64,000 bases of DNA from an uncultured Planctomycetota bacterium (GCA_963845755.1 CAWJTV010000013.1:1-64000); one strand, 5' to 3'. Positions 42,248 to 53,947 are shown, counted from the first letter of the stretch. The notes: generated by a model not told the origin, from the letters alone. Made by a program: numbers and translations.

Positions 42248-43615
42248 TCAGGGCAGGGATTTCCTCCAGTTCAGGACGGCGTCGAGCAGTCGTCGTGCCA
42301 GGATCGGCTCGTCGGCGATGCGGTTCCTCGCTTCTTTCGGGTCGTCGGCGAGGTGGTACAGCTCCGGGCCGCGGCCGTCGTCGTTCACCAGCATCTTCCA
42401 GTCCCCGTCGAGCACGGCCAGGTTCGGGGACCGGTCGTCCCCGCGGGGATAGTCGAACGACCGGTCGTTCCGGCCGTACTCCCAGAACAGGGGCCGGGTC
42501 CGCCGGGGGGATTTCCCGAGGAGGGCCGGGCTCATGTCCTCGCCGTCGGCCTCGTATCCTGACGGCAGGTCGGCCCCGCAGAGGTGGCAGAGGGTCGGAA
42601 ACAGGTCCACCGCGGCGAGCACGGTCGCGTCGTTCGTCAATTTGGCGGGGACGATGCCGGGCCCCCAGGCGATGAACGGGAGCCGGACCCCGCCCTCGTA
42701 CAGGCTGAGCTTGCTCCCCCGCAGGCCGACGGTCCGAGCCCGGTCGAACGACGGCAGCGGCCCGTTGTCGGAGAGGAACAACACGATCGTCGGGCGGCCC
42801 GCCCGCTCCGCGCGGAGGGCGTCGAGCAGCTCGCCCACCTGCCGATCGAGCTGGATCATCACCCCCCGGAGTCGCTCCTTCGTGTCGCCCTTGCCGGTTG
42901 CCCGGCCATCCTTGCCGACCTTTTGATCGTCGGCCGAAGGAACCCACGGCGTGTGCGGGTCGTCCAGCCAGAGATTCACGAAATACGGTCGATTCGGATC
43001 GGTCGGCCGGCATCCGAGGGCGTAGCCGCACATATATGCCGTCCGTATCCATCGCTTCACGAGGTCGTCCGCCGACCAGATCCAGTTGCGGGCGGTGATG
43101 TCCGGGTGGGGCTTGGGGCTCTCCCAGGTGCCGAGGCCGACGTCGTACCCGTAGGCGGCGAACGGGGGCGGGTTCTTCACGTCCCGGCCGCCGCCGAGGT
43201 GCCACTTGCCGACATGGGCGGTCCAATAGCCGGCCGCCTTCAACGCCCTGGGCAGCGACGGGGCCTTCGGATCGAGGAAATCGGCCTGCCCGCACGCCCG
43301 GTTCCCGGCGCGGGTCTGGAGATAGCTGGTAATCTTCCACCGAGCGGGGAACTGGCCGGTGAGGAGCCCGCACCGCGACGGCGAGCAGATCGGCGCGGCC
43401 GCATAATACCGGGTGAACCGAACCCCCTCCGCCGCCATCCGGTCGAGGTGGGGTGTCGGGATCGAGCCACCGTAGCAGGACAGGTCGCCCGGCCCGAGGT
43501 CATCGGCCAGGATGACGATCACGTTGGGCCTGCGGTCCTCGATGCCGGACGCGGCGCCGGGGGCCAGGGCCGCGAGCGCTATCACGAGGGTTGTCAATCC
43601 GAAATTCGTGCTCAT
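42248..43615 (-). CDS. sulfatase
   Basis: LADDLG, CSPSRCGLLTG, GKWHLG, LSDNG, LYEGGVR. Confidence 0.95.
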   Translation of the reverse strand: MSTNFGLTTLVIALAALAPGAASGIEDRRPNVIVILADDLGPGDLSCYGGSIPTPHLDRMAAEGVRFTRYYAAAPICSPSRCGLLTGQFPARWKITSYLQTRAGNRACGQADFLDPKAPSLPRALKAAGYWTAHVGKWHLGGGRDVKNPPPFAAYGYDVGLGTWESPKPHPDITARNWIWSADDLVKRWIRTAYMCGYALGCRPTDPNRPYFVNLWLDDPHTPWVPSADDQKVGKDGRATGKGDTKERLRGVMIQLDRQVGELLDALRAERAGRPTIVLFLSDNGPLPSFDRARTVGLRGSKLSLYEGGVRLPFIAWGPGIVPAKLTNDATVLAAVDLFPTLCHLCGADLPSGYEADGEDMSPALLGKSPRRTRPLFWEYGRNDRSFDYPRGDDRSPNLAVLDGDWKMLVNDDGRGPELYHLADDPKEARNRIADEPILARRLLDAVLNWRKSLP

Positions 43616-43850
43616 GTCAGTTCTTCCTCGCCTTGCGGCCCGGAGGATAAGGGACCACGTGTCAGCATCGCGCCCGCGACTTAGGCGACCTCGTCCCTCG
43701 ACCCGACCCCGACGTTCCGAGTTTACCTTGTGAGTGTCGCTGAGAATTGTCAAGACAAGACCCCTTGACACCGGCCCGCCGTTCCCCATATCCTGATCTC
43801 AGACAAAACGACTGAAGTTTCAGACAGAATGACTGTGGAAGAGGAAGGCC

Positions 43851-44234
43851 ATGGCACGTCCGGCGCAGGACATCACGGAGTCGGAGCTCTCGGTCTTGCG
43901 GATCCTGTGGGACCGCGGGGCCGCGACGATCCGGCAGTTGACGGAGGTGCTGTATCCGCAAGGCGGCGCGGCACAGTATGCGACCGTGCAGAAGCTGCTG
44001 GATCGGATGGAGGCCAAGGGGTATGTGCGGCGCGACCGGAGCTTATACGTCCACCTCTTCGAGGCGGTTCTGGACCGGGACGAGTTGATCGGCCGCCGGC
44101 TCCGTTCGCTGGCCGAGACGCTGTGCGACGGCTCGCTCACGCCGCTGTTGACGCACCTGGCGCGGGCCAAGGACCTGACCGAGGCGGAGCGCCTGGCGTT
44201 GCGGGCCATCATCGACGAGACCGATGACCATTGA
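43851..44234 (+). CDS. BlaI/MecI/CopY family transcriptional repressor
   Basis: ITESELSVLRILW, YATVQKLLDRMEAKGYV. Confidence 0.92.
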   Translation: MARPAQDITESELSVLRILWDRGAATIRQLTEVLYPQGGAAQYATVQKLLDRMEAKGYVRRDRSLYVHLFEAVLDRDELIGRRLRSLAETLCDGSLTPLLTHLARAKDLTEAERLALRAIIDETDDH

Positions 44235-46723
44235 TCAGGACCCCATCATGGAATCGCTTGTGCAAGGCATGTTGAGCAATGCGGTGGCCGTGACCGTCCT
44301 GGCGGTGCTGATCGCCATCCTGGGACGGACCTGGCGTCGTCCCGCCTGGATTCATGGCCTTTGCTTGCTGGCGATGCTCAAGTTGGTAACACCGCCGATG
44401 GTGTCCCTGGCGGTGCCGATCCCGTCCACGTGGCGGACCCCGGCCTCGCCGGTGGAGGCATCGGAACCGATCGACACGGCCGAGGTCGATCGCGATCCGG
44501 ATCTGGAAATGATGGCCGCAGGGATGCTGGCGGACCTCGACACGATCGTGGAGAGTGAGCTACCGACCGACCTCCCGGAAGACGACCGGAGCGAGGCGGT
44601 AGTGCCAGTGCCCGCGTGGCGCTGGGAGCTGCTGGTGCTGGGCGTCGTCCTGGCCGGTGCGATGGCCTGGTGGCTGCTGGCGGTCGTGCGGATCATCCGG
44701 TTCCATCGCGTGCTGCGGGACGTCGAGCCGATGCCGGCGGACTGGCAGACGCAGCTCACCGACCTGGCCGCGCGGCTGGCCCTGCGACGTTCGCCCGCGG
44801 TCTGCCTGGTCCCGGGCGAGGTCCCGCCGATGCTCTGGACAGTCGGGAAGCGCCCTCGGCTGTTGTTGCCATCACGGCTCTGGTCGACCCTGGCCGAAGA
44901 GCAGCGCGCGGCGCCTGGTGCTCCACGAGCTGGCCCATTTGAAGCGCCGCGATCATTGGGTCCGGTGGTTCGAGCTCGTGGTGGCCGGGCTGTACTGGTG
45001 GCATCCCGTCGTCTGGTGGATCCGTCGTACGCTGCGCGAGGCCGAAGAACAGTGCTGCGACGCCTGGGTTGTCTGGGCGATGCCGCGCGAAGCCAGGACG
45101 TATGCCACCGCCCTGATGGCGGCCCTTGAATATGTTTCGGGAACGCGAACCCGGCCCGTGCCGGCCGTGGCCGCCTCGGCCACGATCGGCAACGGCCATG
45201 TTGCCTGCATGAAACGGAGGTTGCGAATGATCGTGCGTGCCAAGACCCCCCAGCGCCTCTCCCTGGCCGGACGTCTCGCCATTGTGGCACTCGCCGCCCT
45301 GCTCCTGCCCCTGGCACCGAGCTGGGGCCAGAGGGATTCGTCGCGAACGGGCCCGGACCTATCGGACCGGCCGCTCCGAGAGGCGAATGCCACCCACATC
45401 GTTGGCCTGAAGGCGGAGATCACAAAGCTCAATGCGGAGATTGACAAGAAGAGAGCCGAGTTGGAGGCCCGGAGCGACACGGGCTCCACGGCCACATTGA
45501 ACGATGAGCTCGTCATCCTGCTGGAGACGAGGGACTCGGTTACGGAGGAGCTCCTGCGGTTGGCGTTCGATGCGAAGCCTCAGCCAGCTCGGGACGAGGA
45601 AGCCAAGCTCAAAGCCTACCAACAGAGGCTCGGGCAGTTGGCGTACTTGAAGGAGGCTCAGCCGGTTCCGGACGAGAAAGCCAAGGCCAAGAGCGACGAC
45701 GGTCGTGAGGCTGCCGAACGGGTCGAGACCCAGTTGAAGGAGCTGGTCGAGAAGCTCGGCAAGGATGTGAGCCCGGTGGCGCAGAGGTCCGGAAGGCGCT
45801 CGAGCGGGCCGTGGACGAGATCCATCGGTCGCTCCGGAAGGAAGGGATGACGGCGGACGACCTGCGGCGGGCGATGGAGAAATCGCGTGAGGACCTGCGC
45901 AAGTCGTTCCAGCGAGGTGGTCCGGTCGAGAAGGAGATGCGTGAGGCGGCGGAGCGCGCCCGCAAGGAGATGCGCGAGACGATGGAGCGCGGTCGTCAGG
46001 AGGCCGAGCGCGCCCGCGAGGCCATGCGCCGGCAAATGGAGGAGTTGACCAAGCAGCGTCGCCAGATGGGTGAAGATCTCCGATCGCGCCAGCGCGAGCG
46101 GGCCAAGGAGGCAGAGAAGCAGTCCCGCCGCAGCAAGGCGGACCCGGAGGCGCGAAGAGCCCAAGGCCCGGGAGCGCCAACCCCGGGTGGCCGAGGCGTT
46201 GCGAGATCGCGCGCGTCCGGAATCGCCAAGGCCGCGCCAGGCCCGACCCGATCGCCCGAGGGTCGAGGCCCGGCCCGAAGCCACCGAGGAGAAGAAGGCC
46301 GGCGATCAATCCAGCCGTCAGGAACTGGAAGCCACGCGCAAGCAGATCCATGACCTCCAGGATCAGTTGAAGAGGGCGACCCGGCGGTTGGAGGAACTCC
46401 AGAGCCGCGAACCGCGACGGCCCGCGACCCCACGGCGTGCCACCGAGCCGGCCAAGCCGGCCCGTCCCGCTGAACCCCGGCGACCCGAAACCCCGCGCCG
46501 CCCCGCCGAGCCGGCCAAGCCCGCCGAGCCGGCCCGTCCCGCCGAACCCCGGCGACCCGAGCCGCCCGCTCGTCCCGCGGCCCCGCGTCGCGAGAACGCT
46601 CGTCCTGGCGCCGATAGTGAACGCCGGCTCCGCAACCTCGAGGAGACGCTGAACCGGCTCTTGAAGGACCTCGAGGAGCTCAAGCGTCAGAAGCCCGAAG
46701 ATTCTGATTCCAGGCTTTTCTGA
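44224..46723 (+). CDS. BlaR1-like M56 peptidase with coiled-coil and Pro/Ala/Arg repeat C-terminus (frameshifts)
   Basis: LVLHELAHLKRRD, WWHP, EEQCCD; repeats AEPAKP/ARPAEPRRPE near 46440-46580. Confidence 0.88.
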
Positions 46724-46852
46724 CCTCTCTGCCCAGCCAACGGCGCACGGCGTGGGGCGGGAGACCTCGCTCGACGAAGTCGGCCATGGAGTCGCTCGCG
46801 AGGCCGCGGTTGTGGAACGACGTGTCCCATGGGGGCCTCGGTCGGCAAGCTG

Positions 46853-47653
46853 TCAATCTGGCTCGACGCCCATCTCTCGCAGCCGCGCGGCCATGCGATC
46901 CGCTCGCTGGTGTTCGGCTTCGGCGCGGTGGGCCTGCTCCTCGGCGCGGCGGCGTTCGACCTGGACGAGCTGGGCCTGCTCCTCGGCGCGGTGGGCCTGC
47001 TCCTCGGCGCGGCGGCGTTCGACCTGGACGAGTTGGGCTTGCTCCTCGGCGCGGTGGGATTCGGCTTCGAGACGCTCGATCAATTCCACATAGCTCAGGA
47101 ACCGCTGGCCGTTCGAACCGATGATCGCTAGGTTATTGGGACCTTCGCCCGGTTCGAACCGGATGTCCAGTCGAGGGCTGCGGAATCCCGCCATCTCGGG
47201 GATCTCTTCCAGTACGTTTCCCTCCCGCCGCCAACCGACCAGATCACCGCGATCCGGGTCGTAGATGTAATACTCTTCGACCCCGTAACGCTCGTAGAAC
47301 TGAAACTTGCGCTCCATCTCTCCGGCGCGATTGCCCGGCGAGCGAATCTCGAAAACGACCTGGGGTGCGATCCCATCTTCCTCCCACTGCTTGTACGAGC
47401 CCCGGTCCCCCTTGGGCCGGCCGAAGGCGACCAGGACATCCGGCGCATTGCGGATAGTGGGCTTCCCCTCAACGGCATACCAGAGCAGGTCTCCTGCTAC
47501 GAAGACATTGGGCTCGTGGCGAAACTGCGCCTCAAGCCCCTCCTTGAGGATCACGATCCACTTGAACTGCAACGTGTTGTCCGACATGGATTGCCCATCG
47601 CTATCGGGATACTGGATCGCTCGTGACGGAGCGGAAGTTATCATCGTGCTCAT
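46853..47653 (-). CDS. Uma2 (DUF820) family endonuclease-like protein with coiled-coil repeat tail
   Basis: YPDSDG, APDVLV, VVFEIRSPGN, YGVEEYYIYDP; 60-bp tandem duplication encoding HRAEEQAQLVQVERRRAEEQA. Confidence 0.92.
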   Translation of the reverse strand: MSTMITSAPSRAIQYPDSDGQSMSDNTLQFKWIVILKEGLEAQFRHEPNVFVAGDLLWYAVEGKPTIRNAPDVLVAFGRPKGDRGSYKQWEEDGIAPQVVFEIRSPGNRAGEMERKFQFYERYGVEEYYIYDPDRGDLVGWRREGNVLEEIPEMAGFRSPRLDIRFEPGEGPNNLAIIGSNGQRFLSYVELIERLEAESHRAEEQAQLVQVERRRAEEQAHRAEEQAQLVQVERRRAEEQAHRAEAEHQRADRMAARLREMGVEPD

Positions 47654-47929
47654 GATCGTGTCAAACCTCCCGGACCAACGAATTGCCGCAAGTTCGAGTT
47701 TCGCACGGATTGCCGATCCGCTCAAGCTCTCATGTCATTCCTGTCCCTGGAACGCACACCTTGCCAGGAGGGATTCGCTCCGGCAGGACCTCCCGATCGC
47801 CTCTTCCTCGATGGGGAGGATCTCCGGTCGCGCAGCCCTTTCATGACAAGTGGGATATGCGGTATCACAGAGCGGATCGTCGGAAGACCACTCTGATCGG
47901 GACCCAATCCACCCACGAAGGGACCGCGC

Positions 47930-49732
47930 ATGACCCGTCCGTCGCCGCTCGTCTTCACTCTCACCCTGCTGACCACGCTCACGCACGCGGTTCTGGTCCG
48001 CGCCGACGATCCGCGCTCAAAGTCGCTGGAAGGCTTCGACGCAATCGCCGAAAAAGCCCTCACGGACTTCAAGGTCCCCGGCCTGGCGATCGCCGTCGTC
48101 AAGGACGGCCGGATCATCTACGCCAAGGGCTTCGGCCGGCGCGATGTCGACAAGGAATTGCCGGTCACGCCTCACACCCTCTTCGCGATCGGCTCGTGCA
48201 CCAAGGCGTTCACGACGTTTGTGATGGGGACGCTGGTTGATGAGGGGAAGCTCCAGTGGGATACGCCCGTGCGGACCTATCTCCCCGGCTTCCGCATGAG
48301 CGACCCGATCGCGACCGAATCGATCACGCCGCGCGACCTGGTGACGCACCGCTCCGGCCTGCCCCGCCACGACATGGTCTGGTACAACGCCAAGCTCACG
48401 GGCAAGGACCTGGTGAAACGGCTGGCCCATTTCGAGGCCACCGAGCCGCTCCGCAGCAAGTTTCAGTACAACAACCTGATGTTCGTGCTCGCCGGATACC
48501 TGGTCGAGACGATCGACGGTCGCCCCTGGGAAGAGGCCGTCCGCAAGCGGATCTTCGAACCCCTGGGCATGACCGCCAGCAACTTCTCGGTCCGCGACTC
48601 ACAGAAGGCCGACGACTTCGCCCGGCCGTACGACGAGCTGGAGGGGAAGGTCCGCGTCATCCCGTTCCGCGATATCAGCAATGTCGGCCCGGCCGGCTCG
48701 ATCAACTCGAGCGTTGCGGAGATGGCCCGCTGGGTCGCCGTGCATACCCACGGGGGCAAGCTCGACGGCAAGTCGATCATCAGCCCCGCGGTGCTGGCCG
48801 AGCTGCACACGCCCCAGATGACCACCGGCCAGCCATCGGACAAGAAGGAGATCTCCCCCGGCGCCTATGCGCTCGGATGGTCGGTCAACACCTATCGCGG
48901 CCATCGTCGCGTCCACCATGGAGGAGCGATCGATGGATTCACGGCCGAAACGTGTCTCTTCCCCGACGATGGGATGGGCCTGGTCGTGCTGACCAACAAG
49001 GACGGGACGCCGCTGCCCGGTCTCATCGCTCGCCACGCGTCCGATCGGCTGCTCGGTCTCGCGTCGATCGACTGGCTCGCCGAGGGGCTCGACCGGCGAA
49101 CCAAGGGCCTCGAGGCCGAGAAAGCCGCCAAGACGAAGAAGGACACGGTGCGCCGACCCGGCACGCATCCCGCCCACCCGCTCGAGGAATACGCCGGCGA
49201 CTACGAGCACGCCGGTTACGGGCCCCTTCAGATCGAGGTCCACGACGGCCGGCTGGTGAGCGTCTACAACGGCATCCGGGCCACCCTCGATCACTGGCAC
49301 TACGAAGTCTTCAACGCCCCCAAGGCCGACAACGACCCCGCACTCGCCGAGCTCGACCTGAGGCTCCAGTTCCGGACGAACTTCAAGGGCTACGTCGACG
49401 CGGTCGCCGTCCCTCTCGAACCGAGCGTCGAGCCGATCGTCTTCCTCAAACAGCCCGACAAGAAGCTCTCCGACCCCGACTACCTCAAGCGATTCGAAGG
49501 GCAGTACGAGCTGCCCGGGCGGACCCTCACCATCCGCCTCCAGGGCCATGTCCTGATGCTCGAGGAGAAGGGCGCCCAGCCGGTCGAGCTGATTCCCGAC
49601 CGCGACGACGGATTCAACCTGAAACGGCGAGTCGGCCTGAGCCTCCGCTTCGTCACTGACGATCAAGGCAAGGTCAAAGAGCTGGCGCTGAGCACCCCGG
49701 GCGGGGTCTTCTCGGCCCGGCGCAAGTCGTGA
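47930..49732 (+). CDS. serine hydrolase, beta-lactamase class C family (with DUF3471-like C-terminus)
   Basis: FAIGSCTK (SxxK), FQYNN (YxN), HHGG. Confidence 0.93.
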   Translation: MTRPSPLVFTLTLLTTLTHAVLVRADDPRSKSLEGFDAIAEKALTDFKVPGLAIAVVKDGRIIYAKGFGRRDVDKELPVTPHTLFAIGSCTKAFTTFVMGTLVDEGKLQWDTPVRTYLPGFRMSDPIATESITPRDLVTHRSGLPRHDMVWYNAKLTGKDLVKRLAHFEATEPLRSKFQYNNLMFVLAGYLVETIDGRPWEEAVRKRIFEPLGMTASNFSVRDSQKADDFARPYDELEGKVRVIPFRDISNVGPAGSINSSVAEMARWVAVHTHGGKLDGKSIISPAVLAELHTPQMTTGQPSDKKEISPGAYALGWSVNTYRGHRRVHHGGAIDGFTAETCLFPDDGMGLVVLTNKDGTPLPGLIARHASDRLLGLASIDWLAEGLDRRTKGLEAEKAAKTKKDTVRRPGTHPAHPLEEYAGDYEHAGYGPLQIEVHDGRLVSVYNGIRATLDHWHYEVFNAPKADNDPALAELDLRLQFRTNFKGYVDAVAVPLEPSVEPIVFLKQPDKKLSDPDYLKRFEGQYELPGRTLTIRLQGHVLMLEEKGAQPVELIPDRDDGFNLKRRVGLSLRFVTDDQGKVKELALSTPGGVFSARRKS

Positions 49733-49923
49733 TGGGAAACAGGCCGCCGAATGTCGCGCGAGATTTTCGGCGGCCCCTCCTCGAAACTCGTGACCGGCAT
49801 AGAATCTTGATTGTTGAATCCTGGTTCCGATTCCTTCACAATCGCAGAGTGGAGATCTCTCGATCTGACAATTCACTCACGGATGACCAGAAGGCGCCGG
49901 CGCAAAAATCCGGCGATCATTCC

Positions 49924-50463
49924 ATGCGAAAACCGAAGAGTCGCACCTACCCTCGGGTCGAGTCCATGGAGTCGAGGACATTGCTGTCCGCCGTGGGCCC
50001 GGTCTCGACCTCGCACGATCTGGAGTCGAGGGCGTTGGTGTCCCCCCTCGCCTCTGTCTCGACTCCGAACCCGGTCGACACCGGCGTTGCCGAGGTCAGA
50101 CCAGGATTGCCGAGGAATTTCCCTCGTACGAGCGTGAGAATCTCTAATCATACCAGGAAGGGCCTGACGATCGATGCGACGGCAATTCTCAAGGAGGGTA
50201 ACAGAACAGTGGGCCGCGACCAGAAAGACGTCCATCACGGCGGCACCATGCTCTTCAGGTTCCAGAAGAACCCCGATTTTGACGCGAATTGGTACGTTGA
50301 GATCGTGCTGAAGGGCAAAGGGCAAGGACCGATTCCACGAACCTTCGAAACAGCTCTGAGCCGGCCGGGCATCGGCGATCCACCAGGTTACTACGGCAAT
50401 CTCTACACGGTCACCTTGACGGGCAACACGTTCAACGTGTGCTGCGTCGCTACGCCAACCTGA
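49924..50463 (+). CDS. exported protein with planctomycete LESRxLL-type N-terminal motif
   Basis: PRVESMESRTLLSA. Confidence 0.7.
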   Translation: MRKPKSRTYPRVESMESRTLLSAVGPVSTSHDLESRALVSPLASVSTPNPVDTGVAEVRPGLPRNFPRTSVRISNHTRKGLTIDATAILKEGNRTVGRDQKDVHHGGTMLFRFQKNPDFDANWYVEIVLKGKGQGPIPRTFETALSRPGIGDPPGYYGNLYTVTLTGNTFNVCCVATPT

Positions 50464-50510
50464 AACGCGTTCGCCGCACGAACAAGATCCGCCTGCTCCG
50501 TGAATCGCTC

Positions 50511-50562
50511 TTGACAACAGCGCCTTTGCATCGCAAAGCTACATCGGCTTTGTGTTGCAAAG
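50511..50562 (+). promoter_or_regulatory. promoter with two CTTTG-N5-CAAAG operator palindromes
   Basis: TTGACA at 50511; CTTTGcatcgCAAAG 50524-50538 and CTTTGtgttgCAAAG 50548-50562. Confidence 0.65.
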
Positions 50563-50631
50563 TTGTCGTCCTTTCGTGCCGCATCCGTCGCGGTGAGGAC
50601 CAGAGCCACATTCCGGACGCAGGACTCGACC

Positions 50632-52140
50632 ATGAGGACCCCATGGATTCCGCGCGCTGCGGGAGGCGCCCGTCTCGACCCCGAGCTTCGGCCCAGCCCG
50701 CCGCGGCCGAAGCAGGCTTTGCTGATCAACCCGTTCTATCCCAAGGACCCGCATGCGAGCTTTGGCAAGCATGTGTTGACGCCTTCACTGGCGCTGACGA
50801 GCATCGCCGGTTCCACGCCGCGCGACTGGGAGGTCGCCTACTGGGACGAGAACTTATTGCAGGGTGCGCCACCGTGCGAGCCATTCCCGCAGGTCGTGGG
50901 AATCACCGTGCACTTGACCTTCGCCGACCGGGCCTATGAGCTGGCGGGTTGGTATCGCCGGCGCGGGGCGAAGGTGATCCTCGGGGGCCTGCATGTCCTG
51001 TCGTGTCCGGAGGAGGCCGCGCCACACGCCGACGCCCTGGCGATCGGCGAAGGGGTCCGGATCTGGCCGGAGATCCTCCGCGACGTTGAGGCGGGGACGC
51101 TCCGGCCGATCTACCGCGGCAGTTACCGGCAACCCTATCGGGAGGAACCGCCGCCGCGCCGCGACCTGCTGCCGCGCCGGGACTTCTTGACCACCACAAG
51201 CCTGATCGCCACAAGAGGCTGCCACAACCGCTGCGGCTTCTGCTACCTGGCCACCGAGGGACTCTCGATGCCGTACCAGGTCCGGGACGTCGACCAGGTC
51301 GTCCGCGAATTCCGCGACGATGGCCAGCCGTACGGCGTCTTCGTCGACAACAACCTCGGATCTCGCCCGGAGTATCTGCGTGCGCTGTGCCGAGCCTTGC
51401 GCCCGCTGGAGGTAATCTGGAGCGCCGCGGTGACGATCGACGTGACCGATGATCCCTCCCTCGCCCGCGAGATGGCGCTGGCGGGCTGCACGGGGGTCTT
51501 CGTCGGCTTCGAGTCGCTGACGGGCGAGAACCTGGTCGAGGCGAGCAAGAAGACGCCGAGCCCGGATGACTACGCGCGGCGGGTGGCGATCCTGCACGAC
51601 CACGGCATCCAGGTCAACGGCAGCTTCGTCCTGGGCTTCGACCACGATCGCCCGGATGTCTTCGAGCGGACCGCGGACTGGATCGAGTCGGCCCGGCTGG
51701 AGTGCGCCACCTTTCATATCCTGACGCCCTACCCGGGCACGCCGCTGTTCGAACGGATGGAGTCTCAGGGCCGGCTCTTGCACAAGGACTGGCGGCTCTA
51801 CGACACGGCGCACGCGGTTTTCCGCCCCAGCCACATGTCGCCCGAGGCACTCGAAGCAGGCTACGCCTGGTGTTACGAGCGGCTCTTCTCGCACACCTCG
51901 ATCTGGCGACGCCGTCCGGCCGACTGGCGCGCCGTGCCGCCCTACCTGGCGATGTCGTATCTGTACAAGCGGTCGAACCGGTTGTGGCACCTGTTGATCC
52001 AGCACCGGCTGACGGGGCCGGTCTGGCGGCCACTGGTCGAGTGGACGCGCCGGCGGCACCTGCGGTTCCGACGACGGCTGGCGTCGCAACCCGCGGCCGG
52101 TGCCGCGAGGGCCGGAGCGATCGTCTCGGCCGGGGTCTGA
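50632..52140 (+). CDS. B12-binding domain radical SAM protein
   Basis: LLINP, VILGGLH, TRGCHNRCGFC (CxxxCxxC), FVGFES, TPYPGT. Confidence 0.93.
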   Translation: MRTPWIPRAAGGARLDPELRPSPPRPKQALLINPFYPKDPHASFGKHVLTPSLALTSIAGSTPRDWEVAYWDENLLQGAPPCEPFPQVVGITVHLTFADRAYELAGWYRRRGAKVILGGLHVLSCPEEAAPHADALAIGEGVRIWPEILRDVEAGTLRPIYRGSYRQPYREEPPPRRDLLPRRDFLTTTSLIATRGCHNRCGFCYLATEGLSMPYQVRDVDQVVREFRDDGQPYGVFVDNNLGSRPEYLRALCRALRPLEVIWSAAVTIDVTDDPSLAREMALAGCTGVFVGFESLTGENLVEASKKTPSPDDYARRVAILHDHGIQVNGSFVLGFDHDRPDVFERTADWIESARLECATFHILTPYPGTPLFERMESQGRLLHKDWRLYDTAHAVFRPSHMSPEALEAGYAWCYERLFSHTSIWRRRPADWRAVPPYLAMSYLYKRSNRLWHLLIQHRLTGPVWRPLVEWTRRRHLRFRRRLASQPAAGAARAGAIVSAGV

Positions 52141-52243
52141 AAAGGGATACTGCTGAGTGGAATCCCTGAGGATTGTCCGGGGTTGCCCGAGTTCCTCGAT
52201 TTCGCCATGATGGCGTCGAACCGTGAACCTTCGAGGGACGAAC

Positions 52244-52962
52244 ATGATGGATCGCCCTGGGACGCCCCGTGCGTTGCTCCTGGACCTGGACGGCACGATT
52301 GCCGACACCTTGCCGCACATCTTCGAAGCCTACCGGCACGCGGTCGCCCCCTGGGTCGAGCGGCCCCCGACCGACGCGGAAGTGGAAGCGACCTTCGGGC
52401 CCGCCGAGCGGGAGTGCATCGCGCGCATGGTTCCCCGGGCCGACCTGGACGAGGCCGCGGATCGCTTCTACACCTACTACGAGCGCGAACTGGTCCGGAA
52501 TGTGAAGCTTGTCGAGGGAATCGCCGAGCTGATCGACCATGCGCGCGCCCTCGGCTGGAAGGTCGGCATCTTCACGGGTAAAGGGCGTCGGTCGGCCGAG
52601 TTCACGCTCGTGGAGCTGGGCCTTCGCGACCGGATCGAGGTCCTGGTCTCCAGCGACGACGTGACCCGGCCCAAGCCCGATCCCGAAGGGGTCTTCCAGG
52701 CCGCCGAGAAGCTGGGCGTGCCGGTCGGCCGGATCCTCCTGGCGGGCGACTCGCCCGCCGACGTGAAAGCCGGCAAGGCGGCGGGGGCCCGGACCGCGGT
52801 CCTGCTCTGCGTGGCGTTCCGGCCGGACCGCCTGCGCCGGGCGGGTGCCGACTACACCTGCGAACGGGTCGCCGACCTCGCGCGGCCGTCGATCGGCTCC
52901 ATGCCGAACGCGGTTCGGATCCAGGCACGGAGGCCGCTTCAGGAGGAGGAAACGCGCGATGA
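52244..52962 (+). CDS. HAD-IA phosphatase (frameshift near 3' end)
   Basis: DLDGT, FTGK, KPDP, GDSPAD. Confidence 0.9.
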
Positions 52963-53231
52963 TCGCATTGGCTCGGTCCGTGATCGAAGCGGCTCGGTTC
53001 TTCGAGCTGTCCAGCGACGATCTCATCGACCCGGACACCGCGGTCGAGGCCCTCGAGAGCATCGCCCACGAACTGGGGAGCCTTGACGAGGCCGAGCGGA
53101 CGAGCCTGCGCGAAGCCCTTGACGAGTTGATCGGAGACGAACAGGCTGGACGTGATGGTTCCGCTCCACGACCGGAGGTCATCGAGTTCTACGAATCCTT
53201 CATGGAAAACTTCGGCCTCGAAGAGGAGTGA
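52959..53231 (+). CDS. small acidic hypothetical protein
   Basis: RBS AGGAGGA, ATGA overlap; FELSSDDLIDPDTAVEALE. Confidence 0.7.
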   Translation: MIALARSVIEAARFFELSSDDLIDPDTAVEALESIAHELGSLDEAERTSLREALDELIGDEQAGRDGSAPRPEVIEFYESFMENFGLEEE

Positions 53232-53677
53232 GCGTGAACCCGCTGTTTCCGGAGGTGATCGACGATGCTCCCCGACTCTCAACCCATCCAACCGGAGAAG
53301 GAAATCCGGCCGGGCGACCGAGCCACGCTCCGCCTGGCACGTCATGGTGCCGTCGCTGCCTGAGGTCGCCAGCCTGTTCGCGCTGGGACTGGTCTGGGGT
53401 CAACATCACTTGCAGGTGAACCATCCTCAATACCTGCCCTTGATCCTGCTGTTCGCAATGATGACGCTCGCTTCGGTCCTCTCGTTCGGATCGGGGTTCT
53501 GGCACGTAGTCGACGCCCTGGAAGAGACCTTCTGGAAAGGTGCTGGGAAACAGATCGCAGCGCATGGGACAAACCCCGTGCGGTGACGAGCGTTGTGGCG
53601 TCGGATCAACTTCGGGGTCCGAGAGCCAACATTCCGAACGAACGGTTCGCTATGATTCGCGAGACACTGGCTCCAAA

Positions 53678-53947
53678 TTATCCACCCAGTGCTTCACGGC
53701 CTGGCGGTTCGTCGAACTTGATGTCGCCCTCAGCCTTCTTCTGGGGGACCGGCTCCGTCGGTCCCGAATCCGACTCGGCCGGATACTCGTAATTGAGGAT
53801 CGCATCGACGAGAAGCGTGCCGAAGGGGGGCAGGTTTCCCTGGCCGCCCATCCCCGCATGTTTCTTGAGTGTGGCCAGCACCTCCTCCTTGCCTCGCTGC
53901 GTGGTCAACAGGTCCCGAAGTTCGGATTCGCGTTGTTCACGGGTCAT
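53678..53947 (-). CDS. small hypothetical protein
   Basis: RBS GGAGGG before ATG; plausible ORF. Confidence 0.5.
   Translation of the reverse strand: MTREQRESELRDLLTTQRGKEEVLATLKKHAGMGGQGNLPPFGTLLVDAILNYEYPAESDSGPTEPVPQKKAEGDIKFDEPPGREALGG

Noticed and set aside
46420..46590. Short GC-rich repeats
   Set aside because: Low-complexity Pro/Ala/Arg linker within the M56 protein
46915..47060. 60-bp tandem repeat as a separate element
   Set aside because: In-frame coiled-coil tail commonly seen on Uma2 proteins
43851..49732. BlaI/BlaR1 plus beta-lactamase-family gene as an antibiotic resistance locus
   Set aside because: The M56 protein lacks a penicillin-binding domain, the hydrolase is separated by Uma2, and both families are common in planctomycetes
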